DNA of 64,000 bases from an uncultured Gammaproteobacteria bacterium. GTDB lineage: Bacteria; Cyanobacteriota; Vampirovibrionia; Gastranaerophilales; CAZEDP01. Under the pieces are notes generated by a model. The model worked only from the letters and a program-made list of their open reading frames with translations, was not told the DNA's origin and ran no database searches. Location of the stretch: assembly GCA_964643065.1 (NCBI GenBank), contig CAZXPD010000001.1:2925-66924 (forward strand), in the 5' to 3' direction. This document shows positions 1-11,100 of this stretch, piece by piece; the first letter of the stretch is position 1; the number at the start of each line of letters is the position of its first letter. Made by a program: the position numbers and the translations under genes.

Positions 1-98
1 TAATCCAATCTTCCGCAACCGCCGGCAACAGCTGTATCATAAACACTGCAAGAACAAACATAATAAATAGGCTTTTCATAAATCTAACCTTAAGCATT
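1..98 (-). CDS. N-terminal fragment of a secreted or membrane protein (runs off left edge)
   Basis: ATG at 98-96 preceded by RBS AAGGAGG (revcomp of 101-110). Translation MLKVRFMKSLFIMFVLAVFMIQLLPAVAEDW looks like a signal peptide. Not in the ORF track because it is truncated by the window edge. Confidence 0.4.
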
Positions 99-161
99 TG
101 TTCCTCCTTTGAAGATTCTTTGTTTATATCTGCTTATTAATATCTCCTAAAACATTATAAT

Positions 162-1106
162 TCAGTTTTGAACAATCCATTCAGAAATATCTTTTTGTGA
201 ACGCGACCATTTTTTGTACGAAATTTCTTTAGTGTTGCAGTATCGGCAAAACGGTGCCGGTTTTCGTAAGAAATCCAATATCTGTTGGATATTATCGGCA
301 TCGTATATCGAAATACTGTCATTTAAGGACAATCGGACATTTTTATCAAAAAACTTATTGAAGTGTTTAATTGAGGCAGAAACAGCGCAAAGGTATATTC
401 TTCCGTTTTCCAAATATGTGCATCTGTTGGCAGACCAACAGCTCAAAAAACTTACGGCGGGATTTTGCGAACCGGTTAAGTCTAAAGGTCGTCGATACGA
501 ATTTTTTAATGTTTTGCCTGTGCCCAAATAATATTCAAATTTGACCTTTTTATTTGTTGCTAATGCTTGCGCTTTATTGTAGTCAAAGGAAACGGGATAT
601 TTTGTTGCTACAACAGTTATATCGCAATCTTTGCAAACCTGCCAGAATTCCTCTTTTTGTGTTGTCAAAAGCAGTCCGTTGGTTACGAGCTCGATTTTGC
701 TGTTTGGAAAGAATTTTCTTGCGGCAGATAAGAATTCGTTCAATCCCGGATGCAAAAGCGGTTCACCGCCCAGCAGCAGAATTCTGTCCACTTGTCCTTT
801 GGTTAAAAATGCCATTCTTTCAAAATCGGCTTTAAAAACCTCGATATTTGCAAAATTCTTTTCGGCAAGGGGCGAAAAGTGATCGCATCCGTAGCAGTTT
901 AAATTACAGTGGTCAACCAGATGCACTTCGAAACGCGAAAGATAAGGCTGAGGCATTTGCTTGGCTATGAGCTCTTTTGTTTGGTTCATAACAGTATTGA
1001 CGACAAATTTTTTATTCTTAATTTGAATTTTCAGTCCGAAAAATCTGATGATTTTTCTGTCATCGCAGTTTTTAACCGAAAAAAGCTGACGTAAAAACTT
1101 CTTCAC
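162..1106 (-). CDS. radical SAM protein with Cys-rich C-terminal (SPASM-like) region
   Basis: CxxxCxxC motif in HLVDHCNLNCYGCDHF. C-terminal cysteines CWSANRC, LC and FCRYC. GTG start preceded by GAGGAG. Confidence 0.85.
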   Translation of the reverse strand: MKKFLRQLFSVKNCDDRKIIRFFGLKIQIKNKKFVVNTVMNQTKELIAKQMPQPYLSRFEVHLVDHCNLNCYGCDHFSPLAEKNFANIEVFKADFERMAFLTKGQVDRILLLGGEPLLHPGLNEFLSAARKFFPNSKIELVTNGLLLTTQKEEFWQVCKDCDITVVATKYPVSFDYNKAQALATNKKVKFEYYLGTGKTLKNSYRRPLDLTGSQNPAVSFLSCWSANRCTYLENGRIYLCAVSASIKHFNKFFDKNVRLSLNDSISIYDADNIQQILDFLRKPAPFCRYCNTKEISYKKWSRSQKDISEWIVQN

Positions 1107-1185
1107 AAATACTCCTCAATCTCCTGCAAAATCCTCTTTTTACGCTTTTATTGATACAAGATAATAATACCAAAAATAAAAACCT
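1086..1185 (-). repeat. copy 1 of promoter/5'UTR/start-codon repeat (functional copy upstream of the radical SAM gene)
   Basis: Blocks CTTCTTCACAA..TCCTCAA and GATAATAA..AAAAATAAA are shared with 3410-3507, roughly 80 percent identical by eye. Weaker similarity continues to about 1255. Confidence 0.6.
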
Positions 1186-1485
1186 GACCGAAAATCCGAA
1201 ATTCACCTCAGGAAGGCAATTTTTTGCAGGGTAATGTTGATTTAGCAAACTACTATGCATTATTTATGACAAAGGTAATTTTTGAGAATCGAACACATTG
1301 TTAAGATTTTGTAATTATTATTTTTTTTCATTTTCGCAATATATTTATATCGAAAATCACATTCAATGATTAAAGTTTTTATAATTATTCAAATCAAAAA
1401 ATGATATTTTGAGTAATCTTTGTAACAATCTTTATTTTTTATAAAATTTGGGTTAATACTCAAAGCCTTTTAAAATGCTTATTGC

Positions 1486-1514
1486 TTGACAATGCGGGTA
1501 TCTGTTAGGATACT
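1486..1514 (+). promoter_or_regulatory. putative sigma70-type promoter of amtB-glnK
   Basis: TTGACA (1486-1491), 17-nt spacer, GATACT (1509-1514), about 100 nt upstream of the amtB ATG. Confidence 0.3.
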
Positions 1515-1616
1515 TAAACTAACAAGAGTTAAGTTTAAAAGAAAAATTACTGTAAAAACCAGCTACATATATTTAGCTGTTATTTGTATTGTTATAATTT
1601 GTGAGGCGAGACAAAT

Positions 1617-3011
1617 ATGAACAAATTTCCTAACAGGCTTTTAGTGATTTATCAAAAAGCGGTAAATAAGTTCTTTGTTTTAAGAGCTGAAACGTCAGTT
1701 TATTTTGTGCTGATATCAGCGGTTTTAGTCAATTTATTTTGTTCTTCAAACTGTGTATTGGCTAAAGATGCCAATATAGAAACTTTAAGCATTAATTCTG
1801 GTGATACCTCCTGGATGCTTCTCTCAACAGCGCTGGTTATGCTGATGACACCGGGACTTGCTTTATTCTACGGGGGAATGGTCAGACGAAAAAACGTACT
1901 GGGAACAACCATGCAGAGCTTCATAGCATTAGGTATCATCTCAGTATTATGGATAATTTTTGGTTACAGTATGGCATTCGGACCTGATGTGAATCATTTT
2001 ATCGGCAATCTTGACTGGGCTTGGCTAAAGAATGTTGGTTTTGCTCCCAATCCTGATTATGCAGCCACGATTCCACATCAAACATTTATGATGTTTCAAA
2101 TGATGTTTGCTATTATAACACCCGCGCTAATATCAGGAGCATTTGCAGAGAGATTTAAGTTCAGCACATATCTTATTTTCCTTATTATTTGGGTTACCGT
2201 TGTTTATATCCCAATAGCGCACTGGGTATGGGGAGTCGGAGGATGGCTGAGAAACCTGGGTGTATTGGATTTTGCAGGCGGGTTAGTAGTGCATATCAGT
2301 TCAGGTTCAGCTGCATTAGCAGCAGCTATTGCCGTTGGCAAAAGAAACAATCAATCGAAAGAACCATTTGTTCCTCATAACCTCATACTGACATTAATCG
2401 GAACCGGTTTATTATGGTTTGGTTGGTTCGGCTTTAATGCAGGAAGTGCTGTTACATCTGGTTCTTTAGCTTCCTCGGCATTCACAGCCACTCACATTTC
2501 GGCAGCGACGGCAACATTATCATGGTTAATTATCGAATGGCTACATAGAGGAAAGCCGACTGTGTTGGGTGCAGCATCGGGGGCAGTTGCCGGACTTGCA
2601 ACAATAACCCCTGCATCAGGTTTTGTCGGACCGGTTTACGCCATGATTATCGGATTAATTGCAGGCGCATTATGTTATGGCGGTATCAATTTAAAAAACA
2701 AATTCGGCTACGATGATTCCCTAGATGTTGTTGGTGTACATGGTGTAGGAAGTACTTGGGGTATCATAGCGACAGGTTTATTTGCATCTAAAGCAGTCAA
2801 TTCACTTGGTAACAACGGACTGTTTTTCGGAAATCCCTCTCTTTTAGGTGTTCAGATTTTGGGCACTGCGGTTGTCTGGGCTTATTCATTCATAATAACA
2901 CTGCTAGTGCTCAAGATTCTTGATAAGATTATGGGACTGCGTGTCAGTAATGATGATGAGATTGCCGGTCTGGATATCAGCCAGCACGGCGAAAGAGGAT
3001 ACTCTTTCTAG
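1617..3011 (+). CDS. amtB: ammonium transporter (Amt family)
   Basis: 464-aa polytopic membrane protein with Amt signatures (LALFYGGMVRRKN, FAGGLVVHISSG, WFGWFGFNAGS, VHGVGSTWG). Followed by a PII gene. Confidence 0.95.
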   Translation: MNKFPNRLLVIYQKAVNKFFVLRAETSVYFVLISAVLVNLFCSSNCVLAKDANIETLSINSGDTSWMLLSTALVMLMTPGLALFYGGMVRRKNVLGTTMQSFIALGIISVLWIIFGYSMAFGPDVNHFIGNLDWAWLKNVGFAPNPDYAATIPHQTFMMFQMMFAIITPALISGAFAERFKFSTYLIFLIIWVTVVYIPIAHWVWGVGGWLRNLGVLDFAGGLVVHISSGSAALAAAIAVGKRNNQSKEPFVPHNLILTLIGTGLLWFGWFGFNAGSAVTSGSLASSAFTATHISAATATLSWLIIEWLHRGKPTVLGAASGAVAGLATITPASGFVGPVYAMIIGLIAGALCYGGINLKNKFGYDDSLDVVGVHGVGSTWGIIATGLFASKAVNSLGNNGLFFGNPSLLGVQILGTAVVWAYSFIITLLVLKILDKIMGLRVSNDDEIAGLDISQHGERGYSF

Positions 3012-3037
3012 CCTGATTAATCAATTATTAAATTTAA

Positions 3038-3394
<357 letters not shown>

Positions 3395-3409
3395 AATACT
3401 CACGTGATT

Positions 3410-3507
3410 CTACTGTAAAAGCTTCTTCACAATAATCCTCAAGCTCATATAAAACGATTTTAAGTTATATACGGATGCATGATAATAACAAAAATAAACA
3501 TTTAACC
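3410..3507 (-). repeat. copy 2 of the radical-SAM promoter/start repeat; orphan copy with a relic start
   Basis: Same two conserved blocks as 1086-1185. Retains GAGGA-N5-GTG AAG AAG CTT TTA CAG TAG (3430-3410, MKKLLQ-stop) versus MKKFLRQ in the intact gene. Points antisense into glnK. Confidence 0.55.
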
Positions 3508-3582
3508 TTTTATACTAAGTTTTAAACGAGGATGTTTTTGGGGTTCAGGTCACACTATGACAAAACCGAACAGAGTCATTTA

Positions 3583-4341
3583 CTATTTTTGTTTGTTTAT
3601 ATAAAAAATCACAACAGTTATAAATAAAAGCAAAAAGCCTGATAACGCGGCTATTAAAGTATTATGAACCAGTATCAGGTTTGAAATAATTATTGCTAAT
3701 AAGCCCCAAATAATTGCCCCACTGTACCATAAATTTCCTCTTGTTTTGAAGATTATCCAAAATGCCAAAATTGATGCCGGAACAATTGTAAACAGAGCAT
3801 ATAAAGTGGGCGGAAAATTGAAACTATAGCTCTGTCTGATAAAAGAAGTAATACTAAGGAAAAATGCAATGGATAACCAGCCTGAAAATAGCCCGAATAA
3901 AGGCATTAAAACGAAGTTTTTGAATTTAGAGTTATTTTCCTCAGCATTAACCAGAATGAAACTTTTAAGCGCAAAAAACAGCATCAACAATATTAAAGCT
4001 ACAAGATACCAACTATCTCCTTTTATCTGCACTATCAGCATCCATAGAGTACTTGTTAAAAATGCGGCAGCAGAATAATATCCAATTTTTTTATAAAGTT
4101 TATTTTCCCTTTGAGAAGGAAGAGATTGATGAATAGCATATATTATTGATAAGGTAAAAATCACAAACCAAATGCTAAATGCGTAACCTGCAGGCATTTC
4201 AGGATAAGTTATGCCACGAGATGTAACATCTTCAATCTTTTTACCTATCCCTGTAATTTCGTGGAAAAATGGAGCAAAAAATTGAGTAAAAGCAAATAAA
4301 AGATTTAATATTATTCTCGGTAAGTTTTTTATAATTAGCAT
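3583..4341 (-). CDS. polytopic membrane protein, function unknown (weak TspO/MBR-like flavour)
   Basis: 252 aa with multiple hydrophobic helices and Trp/aromatic-rich segments (PAGYAFSIWFVIF). No catalytic motif recognised. Confidence 0.5.
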   Translation of the reverse strand: MLIIKNLPRIILNLLFAFTQFFAPFFHEITGIGKKIEDVTSRGITYPEMPAGYAFSIWFVIFTLSIIYAIHQSLPSQRENKLYKKIGYYSAAAFLTSTLWMLIVQIKGDSWYLVALILLMLFFALKSFILVNAEENNSKFKNFVLMPLFGLFSGWLSIAFFLSITSFIRQSYSFNFPPTLYALFTIVPASILAFWIIFKTRGNLWYSGAIIWGLLAIIISNLILVHNTLIAALSGFLLLFITVVIFYINKQK

Positions 4342-4409
4342 TTAAAACACCTATAAAGTATCATCCAGTTCTGGTTAACGCATCATGAAGTCTTGGTCAA
4401 AATGAAGAA

Positions 4410-6449
4410 TTATAGATTCAGTTTATCGAATAAAATCTTATTTCTGTCTCTTGCATCTTGAATCATTTTCTTATAAGAAATGATTTCAAAGTATATATTG
4501 TGAGATGGATGGAATCCAAAATAACCTGAATTATCAGGTGCCGCCGTAAGATAGCCTGAATCCTTTGCGATATTAATTACTTTAGGTGTTAATGAAGTTA
4601 TTATATATGCGTATATTGGAGTATTGGCATTTATAGTTATTGTTTCACCTTGTTTGTCTTTAGCTTTTGATTCTCTTAAATCTTTAACATACTCAATTAT
4701 TTGCTTAACTGGATTTTCATCATCAGTATAATCATTACGTTCAGGTCTTTTAAATTCAATTATTGTTACTGTATTAATTCTTTCATTATCAGTAAGTAGA
4801 AATTGGTGATTAAAAATAGTTATATCTGGTTCTTTTCCCGAATCGGATTCAATCACTTCCATAGATTTTAATTTCTTATCCGAAGCCAAATAATAGTGGT
4901 ATGCCAATTTTTCATCAATTGCCCATAGGTTATGTTTTTCATAATCTATATCATCTGAGGTTTTATTCATTGGAAAAATCATTTGATGAATTGCTTTTTC
5001 CAAAGGATATTTACTGTCATCTTGTTGTTTTTGAAGTTTTGACAATAAATCAAGTACAGATTTTCTATAAGCAACATACTCAGAAAGCTTAGATTTCCCC
5101 ACTTCATTTATTTGATCAACGTAATCTTTAAATTTATTATTTAAAAACTCTAAATCTTCTTTATTCTCAGGTTTTTTAGACAAAAGTTCTCTAGTTTTTT
5201 GTTTCGCTTCTTTATTTACTTTGTAATATTCATCATAAAGCTTAATATCGAGCTCTTTACCCCTTGCACTAGGAGGAATATTTTCTAATTGTGTTTTGTA
5301 TTTATCATTTAGCAAAAGCCTATATTGTGGGCTATTCTTGGTTATATATGATTTTATAGATTTAAATTTTTCACTTTCAATTTTTTCAAGTTGGTCTTTA
5401 ATATCTTCTTTTATTTGTTTAATTGCGGCAGTTGTAATCTCGTCAGAATTTGTAAATAATGAAGATTCATCAAAAATAAAGCCTGCTCTATCTTGGTCAA
5501 CGCTTTCATCTAAATATTTGCCAGTCATAAAAATTTGATAATAAAATTCTTCATTTGTTGTCCGGTCTATCCATTTGCTAGATAAATTAGGAATATAATT
5601 TTTTAAATTAATATTATAAACTTCTCTAGAATCCGCACAAAAATGCAGTTTATGAGCACCCTTTGCTATATCTTTTATTCTCAAATAATGCAAATTAAAA
5701 GCAAGATTATTGAGGTTAAATGATGATTGTTCAATATTTTCACTCAATAAACTATTATTAAATGTAGTATTTAATAGCTCTGAATCAAAATCATTTTTAA
5801 TCACTATTCGAGGGCACTTATCGCTATTAACAAAATAAGAAATAAAGTGATTTATTATCTTTCTTCCTATCGTATCTAGATTTTGACTATATTGCTCTTG
5901 ATATTCGTCTTTTAAACCATCTAACCTTATAATCGTTTGAAATTTAAAATCAGCCTGAGTAATTTCTTCTTTCTCAACAAAATCAGAATCTACTCCCTCA
6001 TTATCAATTGTAAAAGGGAATTTTATTTTGTAATATTTATCATTTTCTTTATAGAAACTCTCTATTTCAACTGATTTAAATGCTTTCAACCATAATAAAC
6101 GGCCTGTGCCTTGTCCACCCTTTTTTTCTTTAAGGTCAGTGTCATACGTTATGAAGGAATCAAAGTTTTTATCAATAAATCCACATCCATTATCAGTAAT
6201 TACAATATTTCTAACAGGGAGCATCTTTAAGTCTTCTTCACTTTTAAAATCAACATGTGTTTGAGTTTTATCTTTTCTGTCAAAGAAAACTTCAATATTT
6301 CCATCTTTACTGCTTTCCAAGTCTTTATTATCGTATATAGACTGAATAGAATTAATTACAGCCTCATAAAGTGGCATCAAGTGATTAGCCTTAATTAATT
6401 TAAGTTTATCAATTCTTCTTTTCAAGTTACTCTTCATTAATGAAGGCAT
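4410..6449 (-). CDS. GHKL-type ATPase (MORC/HATPase_c_3-like) with C-terminal PD-ExK nuclease-like domain
   Basis: Bergerat motifs EAVINSIQS, ITDNGCGF and GGQGTGRL. C-terminal EPDITIF ... TIIEFKRP fits PD...ExK. Confidence 0.75.
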   Translation of the reverse strand: MPSLMKSNLKRRIDKLKLIKANHLMPLYEAVINSIQSIYDNKDLESSKDGNIEVFFDRKDKTQTHVDFKSEEDLKMLPVRNIVITDNGCGFIDKNFDSFITYDTDLKEKKGGQGTGRLLWLKAFKSVEIESFYKENDKYYKIKFPFTIDNEGVDSDFVEKEEITQADFKFQTIIRLDGLKDEYQEQYSQNLDTIGRKIINHFISYFVNSDKCPRIVIKNDFDSELLNTTFNNSLLSENIEQSSFNLNNLAFNLHYLRIKDIAKGAHKLHFCADSREVYNINLKNYIPNLSSKWIDRTTNEEFYYQIFMTGKYLDESVDQDRAGFIFDESSLFTNSDEITTAAIKQIKEDIKDQLEKIESEKFKSIKSYITKNSPQYRLLLNDKYKTQLENIPPSARGKELDIKLYDEYYKVNKEAKQKTRELLSKKPENKEDLEFLNNKFKDYVDQINEVGKSKLSEYVAYRKSVLDLLSKLQKQQDDSKYPLEKAIHQMIFPMNKTSDDIDYEKHNLWAIDEKLAYHYYLASDKKLKSMEVIESDSGKEPDITIFNHQFLLTDNERINTVTIIEFKRPERNDYTDDENPVKQIIEYVKDLRESKAKDKQGETITINANTPIYAYIITSLTPKVINIAKDSGYLTAAPDNSGYFGFHPSHNIYFEIISYKKMIQDARDRNKILFDKLNL

Positions 6450-6492
6450 ATTTTATCTCCAAATTCTTTAGATATGGATAATTATACAAAAA

Positions 6493-8190
6493 TTATGGTT
6501 TTTTACATAATAGATTTATTATTTCATTTTGCCTTGTTTTCAGTAATTCTATAGTCCAATTTTCGTTTTGATCCAAGAATACATAGCTGCCTTTAAAAAT
6601 ATCAAAACCACTCTTTAGATAACGTTGTTTTTTATCTGTAAAATCAAGGTTACTTAATGATGAATTCTTTTTTCTACTTAACAAAATCAGGTTGGCAAGC
6701 TTATGAGTCCATTGTTTTCTATCATCTTCATTAAATATTTTTACCCAGTTACTTGAACTGTCAGGCGTTTGAGGTAACACGTGCTCAACGCTTATATTAT
6801 TATAGCTGGCCAAGTGTACTGTATTATCACTCATTAGAAACTCGTGTTTGAGTAAAACATATCTGGTAAATTTTCTGCCGTAAACATCTGAATTAAAAAT
6901 ATAATTTAATTGATCTTGATTGACATAAAATAATCCTGAATCATTTAAAATTTCATCAGTTGAGGTTGCCAAATCAATTTTTTTCAATATATCATTAATA
7001 TTTTCGATTCTTGAGGTAGGAGACTCTCCTAATATCCAATCTCCAGAAAACTTAAACTCTAATTTTATTAGAAATTCAAGCAAATTAGTTTCATTAAACT
7101 TTTCATAAAACCTTAATAATGGAGGAATCCATTCATTTGAAGGGATGCCTATATTCATTATTGTTATGAGATTTTTATACTTACAGTCTATTTCCAAGTT
7201 ATTCAAGTTTATTAGTTTATCGTAGATATCTTTATATTTTTTTATGCAATCAATAGTTTCCTTACCTTTATTAAGAAGGTTTTTCTTATATATATTTTCT
7301 TCAAATTCTTCTAATAAGTTTTTTCTGGCTTTTTCTTTTACTTTTATTGTTCTGATTAAAGATAAAAATCTATCAAAATCTTCAGTTCCAATCTCACCTT
7401 CAATTGTTTCCCAGGTTAAAGCATAATTTTGTTTCTCATTATCCTGTATAACCCCTATATTAATAGATTTAAGTATATCTGCATTTGACAGGGGTATTCC
7501 TCGGTTATTTAAAATATTAAATAACCTGAAAGCATCTTCTCTATTAGCTGTTGAAACATATATGAAAATTACTTCATTTAACAAGAATGATGTAAAGTTA
7601 GAAATATCACCAAGATTCTTGCTGGCAAAAAAATCCTTCATGTGATTAACAGCATTTACCATATTTACAATAGACGTATTCTTGAATTTCGAGTAATTTT
7701 CAAGCTCTGTTATATTTAGAGTTCCGGATTGTTTTACAATAATTTCTTTTACAAATTTTCCAACATCGTCTCTTATCTTGAAGACAATTCTCATTCGTTC
7801 TGGCGTTCTTTTGAATTCATTTTCTTCTTGATAGAGTAAATCTTGACAAGCATTATTCAACTTATCAGAAATATTTAAATCTCTGATAACAGCTAAAAGT
7901 AAAAATAATGTCGTTAAACGTTGTTGACCATCTAAGACTTCATATTCTTTATAGTCTTTTTTAGATAATTCTTTTAAAACGAGAGAACCCAGAAAATATT
8001 CAGCATCATTTTTATTTTCATAGGCGAACCATAAGTCATCCAATAAATCGGAGATATTGTCTGAATCCCATACATAAGAACGCTGATATTCAGGTATTGT
8101 AAACCAAAAATCACGAAAGAGTCTTCCTTGTATATTAACTTTTTCAGACGTTATTTGGTTCTTATTTGCATTCGTTTCATTTGATATCAT
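6493..8190 (-). CDS. DUF262/DUF1524 protein (GmrSD-like type IV restriction family)
   Basis: N-terminal DGQQRLTT motif (DUF262/ParB-like NTPase). C-terminal His-Me-type region VEHVLPQ ... HKLANLILLSRKKNSSLSN (DUF1524). 4-nt overlap with the upstream helicase-nuclease gene. Confidence 0.85.
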   Translation of the reverse strand: MISNETNANKNQITSEKVNIQGRLFRDFWFTIPEYQRSYVWDSDNISDLLDDLWFAYENKNDAEYFLGSLVLKELSKKDYKEYEVLDGQQRLTTLFLLLAVIRDLNISDKLNNACQDLLYQEENEFKRTPERMRIVFKIRDDVGKFVKEIIVKQSGTLNITELENYSKFKNTSIVNMVNAVNHMKDFFASKNLGDISNFTSFLLNEVIFIYVSTANREDAFRLFNILNNRGIPLSNADILKSINIGVIQDNEKQNYALTWETIEGEIGTEDFDRFLSLIRTIKVKEKARKNLLEEFEENIYKKNLLNKGKETIDCIKKYKDIYDKLINLNNLEIDCKYKNLITIMNIGIPSNEWIPPLLRFYEKFNETNLLEFLIKLEFKFSGDWILGESPTSRIENINDILKKIDLATSTDEILNDSGLFYVNQDQLNYIFNSDVYGRKFTRYVLLKHEFLMSDNTVHLASYNNISVEHVLPQTPDSSSNWVKIFNEDDRKQWTHKLANLILLSRKKNSSLSNLDFTDKKQRYLKSGFDIFKGSYVFLDQNENWTIELLKTRQNEIINLLCKKP

Positions 8191-11100
8191 AACTTTTGCT
8201 CTCCATTGCTATCCTCACAAATATACAAGTAACCGCAATCTGTACACTTTTTATCGTTATTGGTTTTCTGACATGTAGGATTGTTGGCTAAATAAATAAT
8301 TTTGCTTATTTCCGCATCCAAAACAGATTTAGATTGAGATAATTCTTCGTGTCCAGGCTCAAAAACCCTAGCTGCTTCTTCGGTAAGATTTAAAATCTTG
8401 AGCTCATTAATATCAAAGCCCTCATTGCTTAATGCCATTTTATACAAGTAAAGCTGCTTATAATAATCTTCGAGTGATTTTTCAATATTCTTATTGGTTT
8501 TAAAATCAATTATTGAATAGGTCTTATCTGAGTTTTTAATTAAAAGGTCGATATCACCTGCAAACTCAATATTTTTGCCATCAATATTATGAGTAAAATT
8601 AAAACTACGTTCAGGGTAAATAGCCATTCCTGAAAGTTTTTGAGGTGCATAATCGGAGTTTAAAAATGATGAATATAAACTGTTTATTCTTGTTAAATCG
8701 TCACTTTCAATCTGGACACCCAATAAGAATGTAGGGATTTCTGCTTTGTTAAACTCTTTATTATTCATATAACTGCTATAAATTAAGTTATGAACTAGAT
8801 TTCCAATAACTGAAGATTCTTTTTCATCGCCCAATTCAGGATATCTATATTTGTATTTGAACAAATATTTATTCGGGCAATGATTAAATGTATTTATTTG
8901 GCTAAAACTCATTCTAAAATTGCATTGAAGGACTGTTGGCATTGAGGTGTTATTATTAAAAGCCTTTTGATTGTCTGTAATAATGGCAAATGGCTTCAAC
9001 TCTTGTTTTTCAATTGTAATTTCTGAAGTATCGACTGTTTCACTTAAAACAGACAGAGGAAAATATCTTGTATATTCAGCTGGCTTTGAGTTTCCATAAG
9101 AAGTGAAGTTTAAAACATTCAAATACTTTTCAGCTCTACTGATTGCAACATAAAATAATCGTAGTGCTTCATTTTTCTCTCTTGGTTTTTTCCATATTTC
9201 TTTGTATAAAAGAGCTTTAGGAGTCGATTTACCTTCGAATTTATGCACAATTATTCCAAAGCCTGGCTTATCTCCATATTGAAGATCAAAGGAAATATTT
9301 GTACCGTCAATATTTCCACCTTTTGAACTTGTAGAAATACTTGCAATGAATGTATAGGGAAATTCAAGTCCTTTGCTGGCATGTACGGTTAGAAGCTGGA
9401 CAGCATCAATATCTTTAACCGCAAGAGTTGGCAGTTCAAAACTTCTGTTATCTTTAATCCTATCGATATAATCAAGGAAATTACTTATGCTTACATAGTT
9501 TTCACTTTGCATAAAATCAGCAATTATTTTCTCAAAAATCCTTAAATCCAGCTCTGCTCTGTACTGTTCTATGCCACTAAGTTCAAAATACGGTTTTATC
9601 TCATTTATCAGCCTATAATAAATCTGCAAAAGAGATAATGTATTCTTCTGCTGTGATATTGAATAAATAGTTTCAAAAACAAGATTTGTGTAATCTCTAA
9701 CACTTTCAGGTACATCGAGATTATTAATAAGGTTATTTTCTCTTATAAAGGTTAATTTTTCAGACAGATTAAGCTTTTTGAGTTCTTTAAACTCTTTTAT
9801 TTTTAAAATTTCTTTATCCGCCTCAATTTTAAGCCTGTATAATTCCTGATCTGATAGTTTTATCTTTAAAATCCTTGTAAGCGCAATCTCATCCCGTATA
9901 TTTTTAGCCAAACGCAATAAAGCAACTGCATTTCGAATTACAGGATTAATAAAAAAGCCTATGTTTACTTTTTTAATTGACGGAATACCTGCTTCTGTAA
10001 GCTGTTTTTCAATTAATTCAGCTTGAGAATGTGATTTTACAAGTACTGCAAATTCTTTGTACTTTGCATTTTCCTCCGTTTTAAGCCTTATAATCTCACT
10101 TGCAATGTATTTTGCTTCACTGATTTTATGGTTGTATGAGTCGGAAAAACCGTTCAATGTTGTTACTTTTACATGTTTATTTTCTGCATCAAAGGTTTTA
10201 TATGGGTTAGGATTTAAAATCTCATCAAGGGCCAGAGATTCTTCTGTCACATGATTTACTGCATTTAAAACGTGAGGAGTTGAACGATAATTTGTGATTA
10301 ACTTAATTTCAGGATATTTTTGAGCGTATTTTTTCTCAACGTGATTATGCAGCACTTCAAAGTTTTCCATTTGTGCAAACCTGAAACCATAAATAGACTG
10401 CTTCCTATCACCTACAAAGGTAATATTGGCTTGCTTTTCATCAAGAAGCAACTTTATCAATTCGAGCTGAGAACCGTTTGTATCTTGAAATTCATCTATT
10501 ATCAAATGTTTAAAAAGCTTCTGATAATAAAGTCTGATAATTTCGTTTTGCTTTAATATCTGAATAGTCTTGTTTATAAGGTCATCAAAATCAACTGTAT
10601 CGAGTTTTTCAAGTTCTTTTTGATAAACAGCATAAATCAAAGCAACAATTTTAGTTAAATGTAGTTCAATTTCTTCTATTCCATCAATATTTTCAGGAAA
10701 ATCTGTTGAATAACTCCAATCTTGAGGTTTTCTTGAGCCATTTTTAGATAATATTAATTTTTCACCTGCAATTGCCTGGAATGCCCCTTTATCTTCCTTT
10801 TTGCCATCATCTTTGAATATTATATCCTCGTAGCGACAGAAATCATCAGCATATGCCTTTAAATGCTGCCCCCATTCTTCTAAATATTCTTCTTTAGAGC
10901 TGAATCCAAAGGGTATTGTTTTAATCGTTTCAGAATAGTTCTTTATTGCTGCTGTTGATTTATCGAGAAATTCTTTTGCATCAATTCCTAATGATTTTAT
11001 TTTTTTAATCAATGGAAAAATATCATCAAGAATAATATCTAAAGCATTAATTTTATTGAGTTTATTAACGCTATCAATATTTAAAAGCTCCACATTTAAA

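Noticed and set aside
1072-1260. 62-aa minus-strand ORF upstream of the radical SAM gene.
   Set aside because: It overlaps the promoter/5'UTR repeat and the first codons of the radical SAM gene in another frame, with no RBS. It is more simply explained as non-coding leader.
1422-1435. GTA-N8-TAT upstream of amtB as a possible NtcA-type site; also an imperfect inverted repeat TTTGAGTAA / TACTCAAA nearby.
   Set aside because: The site deviates from GTA-N8-TAC and is wrongly spaced relative to any -10 element. The host phylum is unknown, so no regulator can be inferred.
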